Assembly (NCBI GenBank): GCA_030141605.1
Contig: JAQGDQ010000137.1
Coordinates: 124,001 to 188,000, forward strand
Origin: Tubiluchus corallicola
Taxonomy: Eukaryota; Animalia; Priapulida
DNA: 64,000 nucleotides
Direction: 5' to 3'
Shown here: positions 23,601-37,515 of the stretch, piece by piece
How the letters are laid out: every line of letters starts with the position of its first letter
Numbering within the stretch: the stretch's first letter is position 1
Made by a program: the position numbers and the translations under genes
Notes under the pieces: generated by a model
The model's input: only the letters and a program-made list of their open reading frames with translations
Database searches by the model: none
Told to the model about the DNA's origin: nothing

Positions 23601-26081
23601 CATTGCGGCAGCACAATAGAATTACTGCAAATTACTCCCTATTCTAGAATTTTACAATGAAATGGATTCCATAGCAAGGACAAATGGTGTTATAAATAAC
23701 GTATTCATAAAAAATGAATTTATTTATTTAGATTTAGAGCCCTAATTACAAACTAGCCATACTCCACAAAACTATATTGCACATAAAAACAACTCATATA
23801 TCGTCACACAGGGACGCAGCGTTCCAACGAAGGTCGAATGAATGACTTATACGATACTAGAAGAGCGTCAACGTTTTTAGTAACAACAAAAACGAAATGT
23901 TATATTTGGTACTTCAAAAGCTTTGGCATGCTATTCATACAGTAAATGGAAAATTTTAGGTCTGAACACACAGCTAAGCACCTGTTACCTAAGTATTTGC
24001 AGCTTGAGTTGACTTGTATCTTTGGGAGCAATTAATATTAAATCTGCTGTATTTGCTGCCCCATTCGTCATGTACATTCTCCTGGGTAAATTTTTCCACC
24101 ATTTTATTATTTGAGCCTTTTTCAAACCCCAACTTCTCTTTCTCAAGTACACCCACTTCTCTAGTTTCATCATCTTCACAACCAAAGAACTGGTCTAGTT
24201 GCGAATACTTAGCAAACTGTTTTGCTGTTCAATGTCTATTAAGGCTCTGCTGCTGTTAACAATTATGTGGCTCAGCAGTAGCCTTATCCACAAGTAAGCT
24301 ACTACGGCTACTGCAAATTGATTGTACATATTGTTTCAAACAGTAAGTTTTCTAGGTATTAGAAAATATTGCCTTTGAAGCAAGTAAAGAGGTCAAAAAA
24401 CTAATTCATGATTTCTCTCATAACTTATACATGATATTTTGTTACACGTGTCTTTTCTTACTTTGACTTTGTTCTCTCTAAGTATAAAATTTTCTTTTAT
24501 ATGTGTACTTATCATTTTGTAATACAGTAATTCATTATACTGCAATTTGATAACGTTCTACAGTAAAATAATGCAGTAAATTTGAACTTTATCATCCTGT
24601 ATTTGTGGTCGACATGCTGAGATTTTAACTTTATAAAACAATTTGATTCAGTATCATACTGAACACTATACTCGATATAGAAGCGGACTTGGAATTGTGG
24701 CATTTTCGACAAGCTCTAACTCACTGTACAAATATTACAGTTTATTTCAAATATCTGTCACTTTCCTATTTTTCCATTAAGTTGGGACGATTAGGACCAA
24801 AGTTATGTTTCACGGAAGCTACTTTCCTAGTTGGGTTCTTTGCAAGCGACTGTATGAGTTTACAAGTCAATTTTCAATTTTATCACTTATGCTCTTACTA
24901 GCATATCACTTCTGTTGGTTTGTAATATAAATAAGATAATACGTGCACACCGTGTATAAACAATAAATGTGTACTGTTGTGAGTGGCATACTGAATACCA
25001 GTTCAGTTCTTTATTTCATTAAATAGAAAAGCAACTTACTTAAGATCAGAATTAAGAAAAGAAGTTTTTTGGCACAAGTTAGAAGCACGTCATGTGAAAA
25101 CTGTTATAAAACGCAGTTATAAAACGCTATGAACTTATTGCAAAATTTTGGCGCAGAAAACGTGACAATGCGAACACGGTATTATAGTACATCAAAAATA
25201 TATGCTTAAGTAACAGTTTTAACTTCAGTTTGCTATAGGGGTGTAAGTTCATCTTGGTAGACACAAATCTTGTCTGAAAGTGAAAAAATATCGATAATTT
25301 TCGACATTGCACTGGTCTTACATTTAGTTTATTCATAAATAACGACGTCTTAACAAAGTAGGATATTAAGAATCTTTGTAAACACAGACAATGAAATAAA
25401 CTTCTAGGATAAAGTACATTTGGCAATTCATATTCACAGATTTATTTACATACTAAGCACTTTTTCATACAACATAATTTTTGGAACTTGCAGTCACAAA
25501 GTAGTGAGACTTCTTGCAATCACAGACAATAAAATCAAGTGCTACATTACTATACTTTTTGGAATTCTCGCAGACAAATGTGTGTATACAGAACTAAGAG
25601 CACATGATGTCCACACCCCACAGTATAGTTTTAAAAATTTTTGCACTTGCAGATTTACAGATATTGCATTTGGCAGCTTCTATTAATGAAGTTTCAACGT
25701 TTTTGATATCATAAACAGAAATGGCACTGGCTTCACACAATATTATGACATTCACGGACACTTCACTAAGCTTTGCTTTGTTAAAGTACAGTAATATGGC
25801 TTTTTGTGTTCATCTGTCATTGAGCTTGCACTCCCTCCTTTAATAACTGGCTCTGGTTCTACACAAAAACAACTTAGCATTAATCTTCTACAAGCTAAAA
25901 AATGAGAGTTTTAAAGTGCAAGTACTTTTGTGAGTGACTAAAGGATTTACACTAAGCAGTACAATCGTAAAAATTCTGTAGGAATTGTAAGAAGTCTATA
26001 GAACAAAAGTGTTAAGAGGTCCTAATAACAATCTATTTTAATATCAATTCATGTTAATAGTAATATTTGTCTTACTCATTT

Positions 26082-29000
26082 TCAGTGCTTAAAGGGCGTC
26101 GGGTCTGTCCGTGTCGCAGACCAGGAACCTAAAGTTATAGACCTTGCACCACACAGGCTGTTATAAAGTCTTAGCCATTCAACGTTTATACAATTATTCT
26201 TATATAAAAAGTCCTACACCAAAATCAGTTGTGCAGCCATCCTTAGCTATAAGCCCTTACAAATTTATGTAATTAACAAGAATGACAAGAGTATTTAAGT
26301 AATAGTACTATTAAAAGTAAAAGATCATAATAATTGCTTATTGGGCTTATAAAGTATCACAAATCACAAGGCACTGCAATTTTTTGATATGCCCTGAAAA
26401 TGATGAAAAAAGCAGATATATAGTCAATTAAAAGAAAGAAATGATGACTTTTTAAATGAAAATGATTTTGTGTTTGTGAATATGATGGAATATATGATTG
26501 TTGTCTGACTCACAAGGCGATTAGCCACAAAAGAGAATGATATTAATTATGTTATTAGTTTGATGCTTCAAAGGACCTGGATGGGTGGTTTGACAGTGGT
26601 TAAATGAGCAGAGAAGAAAAGTGTTGCTTTTGAATAAAAACCTAAATTCCATATCCTTAAAGGTGAAAAACATTTGAAATACTGCTTGCTGAGCTGCCTT
26701 TTTTTATTAACCTTCCAACGTTTGACTGACTGGAAATACGTAAAAACCAGGAAAATGCATTGGTTTCCAGGGCTCGGCCCCAGATCTCGCTGGTGAAGCT
26801 TACTGTTCTTCCCAAGACCCGTTACTTGTTTTTATTCTGTTCACCATGAAACACTTTACCTAAATATATGCACTTTAAGCACTGCTCACTTCACAATGAC
26901 TGTATTGATTGTTTTTTTTCAGTTTACTTAGAATCAAAAGTTTGTTTAGTATGAGGACATTTTCTAGAAAAACATTTGGTTTCACAGCAAGCCTTTAGGC
27001 ACCAAATCAATGCAGTTTGAGAAACTTATTTGCTCAGTGAATTAAAATAACAAACTATCTGTTTTATGTACTGTCTGCATACAAACAAGGGATGGTTAGC
27101 ACAGTCAGTCACCAGTTGTCATTTCAATTGCATTTACGCTGACAAGAAGGGTGGGCTACACAAGATGTTCATGCTCGATTGTAGACCAACCCACATTTGC
27201 ACTGAATGACAGTGCACCACAAAGTGCTGTGCATGGTATTGCCACACCACAACACATTGCATGAAATAGCACTGACTTATCATTAATAACAGTTACACTT
27301 TTATTTATTATTTTATTACAATTTTTCTTCTGCTATTTGCCTATTAGTTTTCCCATTTTTGCCTGCTGTTTTTTCTTTTGACTTGCTCATTTTTGTTTGT
27401 TTTCACTTCTGTTTTGCTACCACTACCTGTTTATCTTTGCCTTCTTTGCCATTACCTATTTTCCTAATGTTTTTACATGGTCCTCTAACAGGCTCTAGTA
27501 GCAGTTGGTTTACGCAAAACAAAAATGTCTAGAATCTTTGTGGAAGTGCAGCCACTTAGAGAAACTATTCTACATGCTTAGTAAAAGTAGACTCACCCTC
27601 TTCTACAAGAACGTGACTAAATGGGGGCATAACACTGAGCTCATAGGAAGTGGTGACTGGTTGTGTCCCTGATTCATCCACAATATCAACTTTCCATAAG
27701 ACTGCTTGTGACCTGCGAATATAACGTACTAAATTTTCGGAGAATTTTATGCAATTTTGCACATATTACGTGTTATTTATGCTGTACCAGAGAAGAAATC
27801 TGCTTTGCTTTTGTCTTTCACAACATAGACGTATTGTCATTTGATGATTTGTGGAGAAAAAGGAAGACAAATGAAACCTGATGTTCAATGCAATATTTAA
27901 CCATTTTAAAACATTAAAAAATACAAGTTAGTTTGACAGGTGTAACAATATGGCTATGCAAGCTATATTTTTTACGACTCATGTCTAATCTAACCCATAC
28001 AAATCTAAACAAAACACGTAATAGCACATTAATAATAAGAATCACTGTATATTTCTGAAGACTTGGTCTTCCATTTAATTCAGTTGTTTTTTACTCAAGC
28101 TCCAGTTTAGGAGCACTTATTTCTTCATTTTGATGTTTCGAAACTAATACTAACATATCAAAACAAAATCAGCCCAGACACATTATCATAATGTTGACTG
28201 TTCTGATCAAAGATGTAAACAATAATTCAATGAGATTTTCTCACCTGTAACAATGAGCAATACACTTAAGTCAATGAAGTCTGCCTACCTGTAACAATGA
28301 GCAATAACTTCTGTAGTTGGCACAGGAAACAAAAATTCAGGATTCTTGCACTCAGATTTTTCCATTTGTTTTAGAGCCATTCTATAATACAGAAGCGTTA
28401 TACCACTCATAAAAAATTAGATAAAACTGATGTAATTATGACAGTACTAATTAAAGTAGTAATAACAACAGTACCTCATATGTCAGTTTTAATCAGTTTG
28501 CATTCTTTATAGTTAAATACTCATTTTAATATGAAATAGTAGACAAGCATATAAGCCTTACACTATTTGCAATTAAGAATTACACTATTTGGTATGCAGT
28601 TTCACAATTACATGTCCAAAATATACGAATATACAAATTTGAATCATAGTAAAATATTAGAAATAAGGAAATAAAAAGTGCAAAACAGACATACTAAAAC
28701 GTGTCTTACTCTTCACTTCTACATATAGAGGCATTTTCTCATTGCTCTCCTCTTTATTAATGTAGTTTTTGTATCTGGCGCTATTAGTAAAGACACTTTT
28801 TGCAATTTCCGGTTTTATGCCACCGAAGGCTTTAATTGTTATTGATCTATCTGCGATAATTAGATAAATGCTACTGCAAGAAAGTTTTTTAATTAACGGA
28901 AGGCTCTGCCGCTATTAACAATTGTGTGGCTCAGCAGTTGCTTTATCCACAAGTAATCTACTATCAAGATGTGACAGAAAAACTTAGTTTAACCAACAGT

Positions 29001-32000
29001 TTGTTGTTTAAAGCATTGTCAAATGATGAGCTCTCGTTCATTCCTCACTATCATTGTTAGATAAAACTGTGTGCGAGTTACAAATATTTGCAAACTTGGC
29101 TGCTACTCTTATAGAAGAGGTAGTGGGACATGCACCTAGAAAACACAAAGTGCCTTTGATATTCGGGTAACCTTTGTGGCACAGCCTTGATTGCTAAACT
29201 GCTGGCTTGAGTGCAACAACACAGTCAATGTATTAATTTTTAATTAATGGAAGGCTCTGCTGCTATTAACAAGTATTTGGCTCAGCAGTTGCTTTATGCA
29301 AACAGTAAAACCCATAAGCAAAAGGATAATGCATCAGTAATGTCTTAAGAAGTCACGTAAACCTAAAAATTAAAGAATTACTCTTATAGCATGGCATCCT
29401 AGGCAACTGCCTAGTTTGCATAATTGGAGTCGACCATAGTTAATGATCTTGCAAAAATTGAAAGGAAATGCGGATATAAAAAACATGGTCTTGTAGTCTA
29501 AACTTTACCTTGCATTACACTACATTGCTTTGCATCACTTTGTTTACCTAACACAGGATCCAAGCGTTTGTTCACTCAGCGCGAGGTACATTTTGCAACA
29601 CAGCAACATTTCAGCTACTATGTGCATTCTCTTCAGTAGACACAATTGTTGAGGAAGGTCCACTCCAGCTTGCAAGTAGTTTGTTAAATGACACATTCGA
29701 ACCACACCCAATGCTGAAAATATTTCAGAGGTGCAAATCTGTGATTTAAATAAGTAAAACTTTAAAAAAATTTATAATTTATAACATACTTTTACATATT
29801 TGTTTTTTAATGCATGAGATTGTTGTAAATTCAATTTCATTTCATTCTTTACAAAACAGCGCCGTGTGTCATAAAAAGGGCATTTGGGTTTAAAGGTGTC
29901 TTAATACAATGCACTAAAACCTTGACAAATAGTAACTACCAATCTTTTCATTTGGAATGCTCACTTGTACGAGCCAACAGGGCACTAAAATACCAGGAGT
30001 AAGCTACTATCAAGACGTGTATAAGTACTTACAAAGAAAAGCAGCACTATAATCCATTCTCAGTTTTTGAATTCCCATTTCTGCCAACAGTTCCAATGGT
30101 ACCGTGCCTGCTAATGTAGGAGCAGATACTTCACCGCTGTAGGAATCGTGCACAAATTTTGCCACCTTAGTCTCGTTATCCTTGCGCACCTGAGCAGATA
30201 AAATACGTTGATCAAAAACTAGAATAAATGGATCAAAGCTAATTACTTGAGCAGTTTCTTCAGCCTTGTGTTTTGCTTAAGATAAGTATTACTGGTCCTA
30301 CACCAAAACTATGTAAAATATTGGGCCAGTGTAATTATTTAATTGATATTAAAGACTAGTAGTTTCAGTAATCATGGTAGCTAGATTTTTAACTTTATTA
30401 GCTTACCTAAACTGCATTGGATAAACTATAATGTTATTTTAACCATCTGTTAAATATTGTGCATGACTTTAAAAAAAATTTCATTAATGCAAACAAAAGC
30501 TTGTTTATATTGATGAAAAAATAACACAAATTCATTTTGAAAATGACCTGAAATACAATGTTAAAATATTTTCAGTAAACTTCAGTCAACAAAACTAAAT
30601 GAGATTTCGTCATATCTTGCACATACCATTGGTAACACCAATGACGTCTGGAGCGCATTTGTTACAGCCTTCAAGCTAGAAGTCAGTTCAGCATACGATG
30701 TGCAACCTTAAACAAAATATGTAAAAGAAAACACAGACTCATTTGATAAAGAACACTTTACTCACTTAATAAAATTATTTACATTTACAACTAGTATTGG
30801 GAAAACACTTGACTAATAACTAATGAGATATCGATTTAATTTTATGTAGTCAAAATTAGAACAAAAATATTATAACAGGTCTGACAGTTATTGCAAATGT
30901 TAATATCCTAAGGCAAGGGAATAGCAGAGTGGTTTTGATATGAGTTTAGCTGTGGAGAGCTAAGAAATTTCAAGCCTAGCAAACCAATGGATCGTTGACT
31001 GCTGTTAATAACGAAATCAAGGTCGTTTGATCTGCCGTATTTCTCTTGCTGAAAAACACTGTAAACATCTCTGTCAATTATCTTCGACAAAGAGCTCTGT
31101 TCTAGTCCTGCTTTAAATATGAAATTTTATTGGGATGCTAGCATACCTATTCAGTCATGCAAACAGTGATATATTTTGTAGTCTGAATGTCAAGGAGTGT
31201 TTGTGAAGAAGCAAAGCACTGTTCCACAACTTTTACTAGCAGTTTTTTTAGAACAAACACAACTTTATCGGAGCTATTATTATATTAAAATAGGATAACA
31301 ATTCTATAAAACATGATAGCAATTTATTTAAAGACAGCTTTAAATCTGACAGACAACACAAGCCTGCCATAAGGCTCTTACTGTAAATAGCAAACTACAC
31401 CTACATAAGAGAGATTATTAATAACCCATTTTCACCCCAAATGCCATGTGCCAGACACAACAACAGCAGGTATGGTTCTTTGGTATGATTCAACCACATT
31501 ATCGAAGAACATAGTATTCGTTAAAGCCAAACCAATAACATACTTAAAAATATAATTACGTACAACAATTTTTGTTCAATTAATACCAATGAAAAACACG
31601 CAAGAACTTAAAGGACAGATTTTATACAGAAATTTACATAAAAAAGTGAAATTGTTCAGGGTCTCATTACAGAGGAGCATCACTAAGAACGAGCTACATT
31701 CTGGTCGTGCCACAATGATACTTGTTAAAAACGAACATGGCGTAAAACTAATGTATCTATACCTGCAAGTATTTCCCACAGCTGATCAGTGAAGTCCATG
31801 TCTGATCGCTGTAGAAGAAGCATACCATCAGAATTCACTTGCATTGTCACATCAAGCAAAGTTGGCTCGGCTGCTTCGATGAAGGTAATATCACCTTCAA
31901 ATTCTGGATTTTCAACATCTAAAAAACATCCAAAAAATCCTGTTTAGTATATTTAAAGCTTCGTACAGCCACTCAGCCTACACGTGCTCCAAACGACAAT

Positions 32001-35000
32001 TAAGACTATGAATAGCTGCTACTTGTAGCTAAGCCTTGAATCTAGCAGCTTTAACAGCTATTAAATTTATATCAGTTCGGTAATGAACCTTAGCTGTAGA
32101 GGCAACTGCATGCTACTCTTAAAATGCATGCTTCTTATTATAAAACCTCAACCTTAACCTCTATAAAGTCACTTGATACAAAACCTAAATCTTAATTTAA
32201 ATACCAAAACTGCTTTTCTGTTTAAGGGTCATTGTTTTTACAACAGAACAGCTGTTATTCGGCAGCAATACATTCTGTTTTGTCTTGACTGGCAATATAA
32301 CAGAGTAGATTTATTATATAACAGAGTAGAGTTTCGGCATATCAGGTATATTGGCAGATAGTGATAAGCAAGGCTTGCAGTATACCTCATATTTAAGACA
32401 TTATGGACATTTGCAAAAACCAAATGTTGGTATTATATCAAAGCTGGCATTAAAGTGATAGCTGGTATAACAAGATTTGAGTGTACCTTTCATTAATTTT
32501 TTTAGTCTTTTTTCGACAGATGATTCCTCTGCAGCCTTTGCCCACGTGATGTTACCAGTTTCCATAGCAATCACTAATTCCTATAACAAATGATAATGCA
32601 TCATAATTCAGCATAACAGCATTTCTTTACACGGCTAGAATGGTAACATAATGTTACATAATTTAAATAGTAAACATTAGTATTCCATGCTCACTATGTG
32701 TTTTAAAGGAGTGCCACACTTATAAAAACTGCTTTTTAATCAGACGCTCTCACATTCACTAATTCCTATGACAAAAAAGCACCAATTCAACAGTGAGACA
32801 GCAATATGATTTTTTTAAACAGCCAGTGTATGGTTAAAAACTACAACATGATTTAAACAGTAAACATTAGTTAGTTATCTTCTATCCCCATTATCTGTTT
32901 AGCAGATTGTCATTCTTACAAAGCATCATGTAGATGTGATATGCATGCTTGCAAAAAATGACCATAAGTCGGCATAGTTAAAACTATGTTATGATGTTTC
33001 AAAGCAGAATGCACCAAAAATTGGGTCAAATATGAATTTTTGTTTTTGTAAAAACACAAAAGATGCAAAAAATTCAATTTTACGAAACCTTTCCCTCTTC
33101 TATGGCTACAACCTAGCATTGCAATTGTGAAAAAACATTTACTTTTAAACTCCGATAGTAGCTCGCGGCAACAGTCATTTTGCTCGAGTTTTTCCTGTTG
33201 CCAAGCCCAGATCTTAATTCTGGAAGAGCCATCTACTGGATTTAAACATAACTGCACGGTACTCTTGCAGGGTCCATAAAAACCGACCTTTGTACGGTTG
33301 CCAAGTGTTCAGCAGAAACACAACAAAAAACAATGGCTGACTTTAACAGCGATATTCTCAAGATTACATTTTTCAGCATGCAAATTACTTCAATCTGGAT
33401 TATCTCAGCTTAGAAAAAACATCGAGAGATGAACTTGGTATCAAAACGATCCTCATGAATTGGAATTCAGGATTTGTGAATAGCTAGAAAAGCTTAACTG
33501 CAGTCTTATGGACATTTCTGTTATGCAAGTACACATACATTAATATATTACCTCAATCAAATGTAGTTCCATGTATGACTTATGCATTGGACTAGATGGT
33601 CCACCAGGCACAACTTTCATATTCTGTAAACCAAAAAAGAAAACAGCAATAGACAACACATAATTAACATTAAACTAGACTTTTTTGTAAATCAATAAAT
33701 AAAGCTACTCACAATAAGTGTAAGTGAAGTAGATGCTGGAATTTCTAGAATGCTAGCAACTTTTGACCATTTGAAATCCACCATAATCTTGCTGTTTCCA
33801 GTGGCTTCTAAATCACCCATGATAAGATAACTGGCAGAGGCTTTTGTTTCCTAATTTAAATAAAAAATCATAATCATGTTAATAAATAATAAATGTTGTA
33901 GCGATGTCACCTTCGCCATAATCAAGTGTTCTTAACCATGCTGAGCATAGCTTATAAGCTAATTTCTTCTGCTATGCTCATAGCCTGTCACCCACCACCA
34001 TTTTGCTGTGTCAAAAGTGTGTTTTTCATTATAGCTCAAAAAAGGCTACTGTTCACTACACAAAGATATGATGCTGCAAAAATGGCTACTGCTATATCAG
34101 AGTCACATTAACCAGTCAAAAACGGAGGAACAAAGTATTGCGAGAGATTGTAATCAGTCACGGAAAATGTGTAAATATAGGGAGAACTCTTCTAAATGCT
34201 GAAAATTATATTAAAAATAGAAAGCAGCAAGCAATGCATGCTTTTCTCCAACACATCAATGTATTAACTAACAAGAAATTAAGTCTCAACACAAAACTTC
34301 AATTATTTAATGAACATATTATCAGCGTATTCATGTACAATAGTGAAACAGGGGGTATAATGATTATTCAAGAAAAGCAAGTCTATGTGTTTCATAGAAA
34401 TCTCCCCAGGAAAGTTTTAAAGATAAGATTGCTGTGTATAATGAAAAATGAAGATTTATACACTAAAACGAAAGAAATTCATTAGAGTTCAAAAGTCAAG
34501 TTCCGAAGATTAAGATGGCTAGGACACGTTTCAGATTACCAAGTGAAACACCAGTAAGAATCGCCTTAAAGAAGCCTTAAAACCTTGCAAATTATGACCT
34601 GGCAAACCAAAAAAACAACTTGGACAGCTAAGACAAATAAAGATGTTCAACAACTTCAACCAAATCTAGCTTTAGAACAGAAGCACTTTAGCTGCAGATA
34701 AGAGTGGGTGGAATGATCTTTTAAATAGTAATGACACAATGTCTACAACAGATGAAATGAGACTTTGATGATGATGATGATGATGATTATATGTCATAGA
34801 GTGACCTAAAAAATAATTCAATTATTCACTGCGTGATTAAAGATTTCATACTTGAAGAAATTATACGGGGCTAAAATTTTTAGCAATAATCTGTTTTATT
34901 TTGTACAAAGTAGAAGTCTTTTGTGGTAAGTCTTTGTGATTGTAATGCAGATGTGTGCAGTTAGCACAATTCTTTAAAGTGAGCTCATCATGTTGGTATC

Positions 35001-37476
35001 AAGACATTAGGGGCCTTCAGTGCAATGCACTAGCTACATCAACATTATCGCTGGGAAAAAGTCCATTCTAGTAAAATTACTTGATAAAATTTGTAAAATT
35101 TGTTGAAAAAAGAAACACATTCACTAATGTTTCTAAACGCTTACTGAACTCAACTTTGTTTACAACACCAGACATGAACTTACTGTGATGTTTTCAACTG
35201 CAACTGAGTTAAATTTCAACATATAAAGGCAAATAAAACACAAATTACATGATTAAATTAAAGTTTAAAAATAAATTGGTAGTAATATTAAATACCCAAA
35301 AAGTTAAAGAGTAAAACGCTGAAGATAAAAATACTACACAAACAAAAAAAGAAACAGTCACTTGTGTTCAGATTCTCTATCGAAAGATCTTATTCTTTGC
35401 TGAAAGTTTTCAAGAAACATTATAAAACATCTTTTACTTCAACTGAACTACATTGATTAAATGAGCAAATGGATAAATAAAGTCAACAAAAGCTACTATA
35501 CTTTGATAGGTTCTGATAGGTTAGACTGTTACTCAATGCCACTCTATGTTAAACTCCAACTTGTCAACAGTGTGCCCTAATTTTCGCATCATTGCTCCTA
35601 CCTCTGGCCCTTAAACAATCTAAGTCCATATCCCAAGTGTCTACTTTGCAAGTTTTGTGACTTTAAGTATTACAGTTTAAGAATTGTCCAATGTTATGAC
35701 TCGATACCTAACAGGAATGACGAATGATGAAATCAGTGAGTGGGTTCTCTCAGAATCCGCTGCTTGTGGATTAAAAACTGTAAAACCAAGAGTGGATACG
35801 TACTTGCTTGGCATTCCTCCCATAGAAATGTGAACCCATTACTCCAGACAGGTTCAGCATAGCTTTGTCATTCTGAACAAAAGGTCCTATAAAATAGGAA
35901 ACAGTAATAAAATATCTCTCAGAAACACTTACACAGCTCAACAAACGACTGATGGCAAAAAATACAGATCACTTGAAAGACTGGAAATGTGAAAAAGTTG
36001 GAATACAGCAGCCCAGACTTGAACCAGGGACCTTCTGCACACAAAGCAGATGTCTTAGACCACTAAGCCAATGTATTCCTCAGCAAATGAGGCAGTCGAA
36101 AGTTCACGCCTTATAACTGCTAACTAAATTCAGCATTTTGCTAGATAACTCACACTAGAGTGATTTAATTTTTAGGCAGGCTTATGTCAACTTGCAACAC
36201 AATGCAACTGAAGACCTGGCAACTGGTGGCATCTGATACGCCGCCAGTTCCGAGGATACCCTGTCAACACGCAACTCATCTCAGTTCCAATGACTAGCTC
36301 ATGTTCTACTCGTGCCATACGGTATCCACCCAGTTTTACAATGATTGTTGTCTGGTAACGTGGTCTGGTCAGAGATTTTTTTCATTGCGTACACTCACTT
36401 GTTGTAGGCCAGAGCAATGTTGCAAATCGCGGGAACTCGTATCTTCCTAGTTGCTGGAAATCAGTAGCAGTCAACTTGAGCTAACTATCTAGTTACCACA
36501 AGTACATCAACAAAGTAAAGCATTTAAAAAATAACACTCCAAGTAAAAAAATTACCTGTTGAAAATATGTTATATGTTGATAAATAAGTGTCATTCCTAT
36601 CACATATAAACATTCTTCCAATATAAACAGTATGTTCTTGATCCTTCCCATCACAAATAACCCAGAGTGGTGGTATTTCCTTGTCGCCAAACACAGTCTG
36701 TTTACATTTTGCAAGCAGTGCATATTTTGATAACAAATTTCTGAAATAAAACAGCTTTTTTGAGTGCTCAGCATATCACTGATTGTCCTGCATAGTAAAA
36801 ATTTTTAATAATAACAAACTAGAAGAAGCAGAATCATAGTTTATGTAATTCTAGAAAATGCAGACTGTTTAGCAGTTCATTTCTGCAAAGTTGTCTAGCT
36901 ATTTGTAACTAACAACTGTAACACGAAATCCTTGATATAGACTATAACAACTGCAACATGAAATCCTTGACATAAACCATAACAACTGCAACACATAGAA
37001 GTAGAGATGATTTTAATGTTTAGCAATAAACTTAATTTTTAAAACGAGTCGTGCACCATTACAGGAAATTCTGAGAAACGCACTGGAGAATGAGCCAACA
37101 TTAGATAATTACCAATCTCCTTGACACAGCATGATTTATCTAAGTCCATCACAATCTTAAAGCTGCTACATATTTTAACAAAGTACTTGTAACTTCAATA
37201 TGTCAGATAAACCAATAATTTAATCAATTACACACCTTGCGATCTCAGAGCCTACTGGAGAAAAATCTGTGCTGCGATCACATGACACCTTTCGTTTTTC
37301 TGGTGTTTTCACTTGTCCAGTTGACAGGTCAAGAAAAGAAACCTTCAGGGGAGAACCTCCAAAGTAAAATGGTGAGTCCACTGAAAGAGGTGAGTTCTGG
37401 TCACTGTTAGGATAGCTGCGTTCATCTGCTAGTGTCTGAAGTAACAAAAAAAGTTAAGTTGTTAACATCACTTTAT

Positions 37477-37515
<39 letters not shown>

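Noticed and set aside
25830-26128. Alternative reading VPGLRHGQTRRPLSTENETRASY* across the last ZWILCH intron
   Set aside because: Needs a phase-0 join, but the upstream exon ends in phase 1 (GAG G|GTGAGT), giving GSWSATRTDPTPFKH*.
28700-28870. Short minus-strand ORF (TIKAFGGIKPEIAKSVFTNSARYKNYINK) as a ZWILCH exon
   Set aside because: The ZWILCH model is complete and in frame without it; it looks more like a transposase C-terminal remnant next to dispersed repeats.
36000-36079. Functional tRNA-Thr(TGT) gene
   Set aside because: The acceptor stem does not fit the cloverleaf register and the D arm is mismatched; treated as a SINE head or pseudogene.
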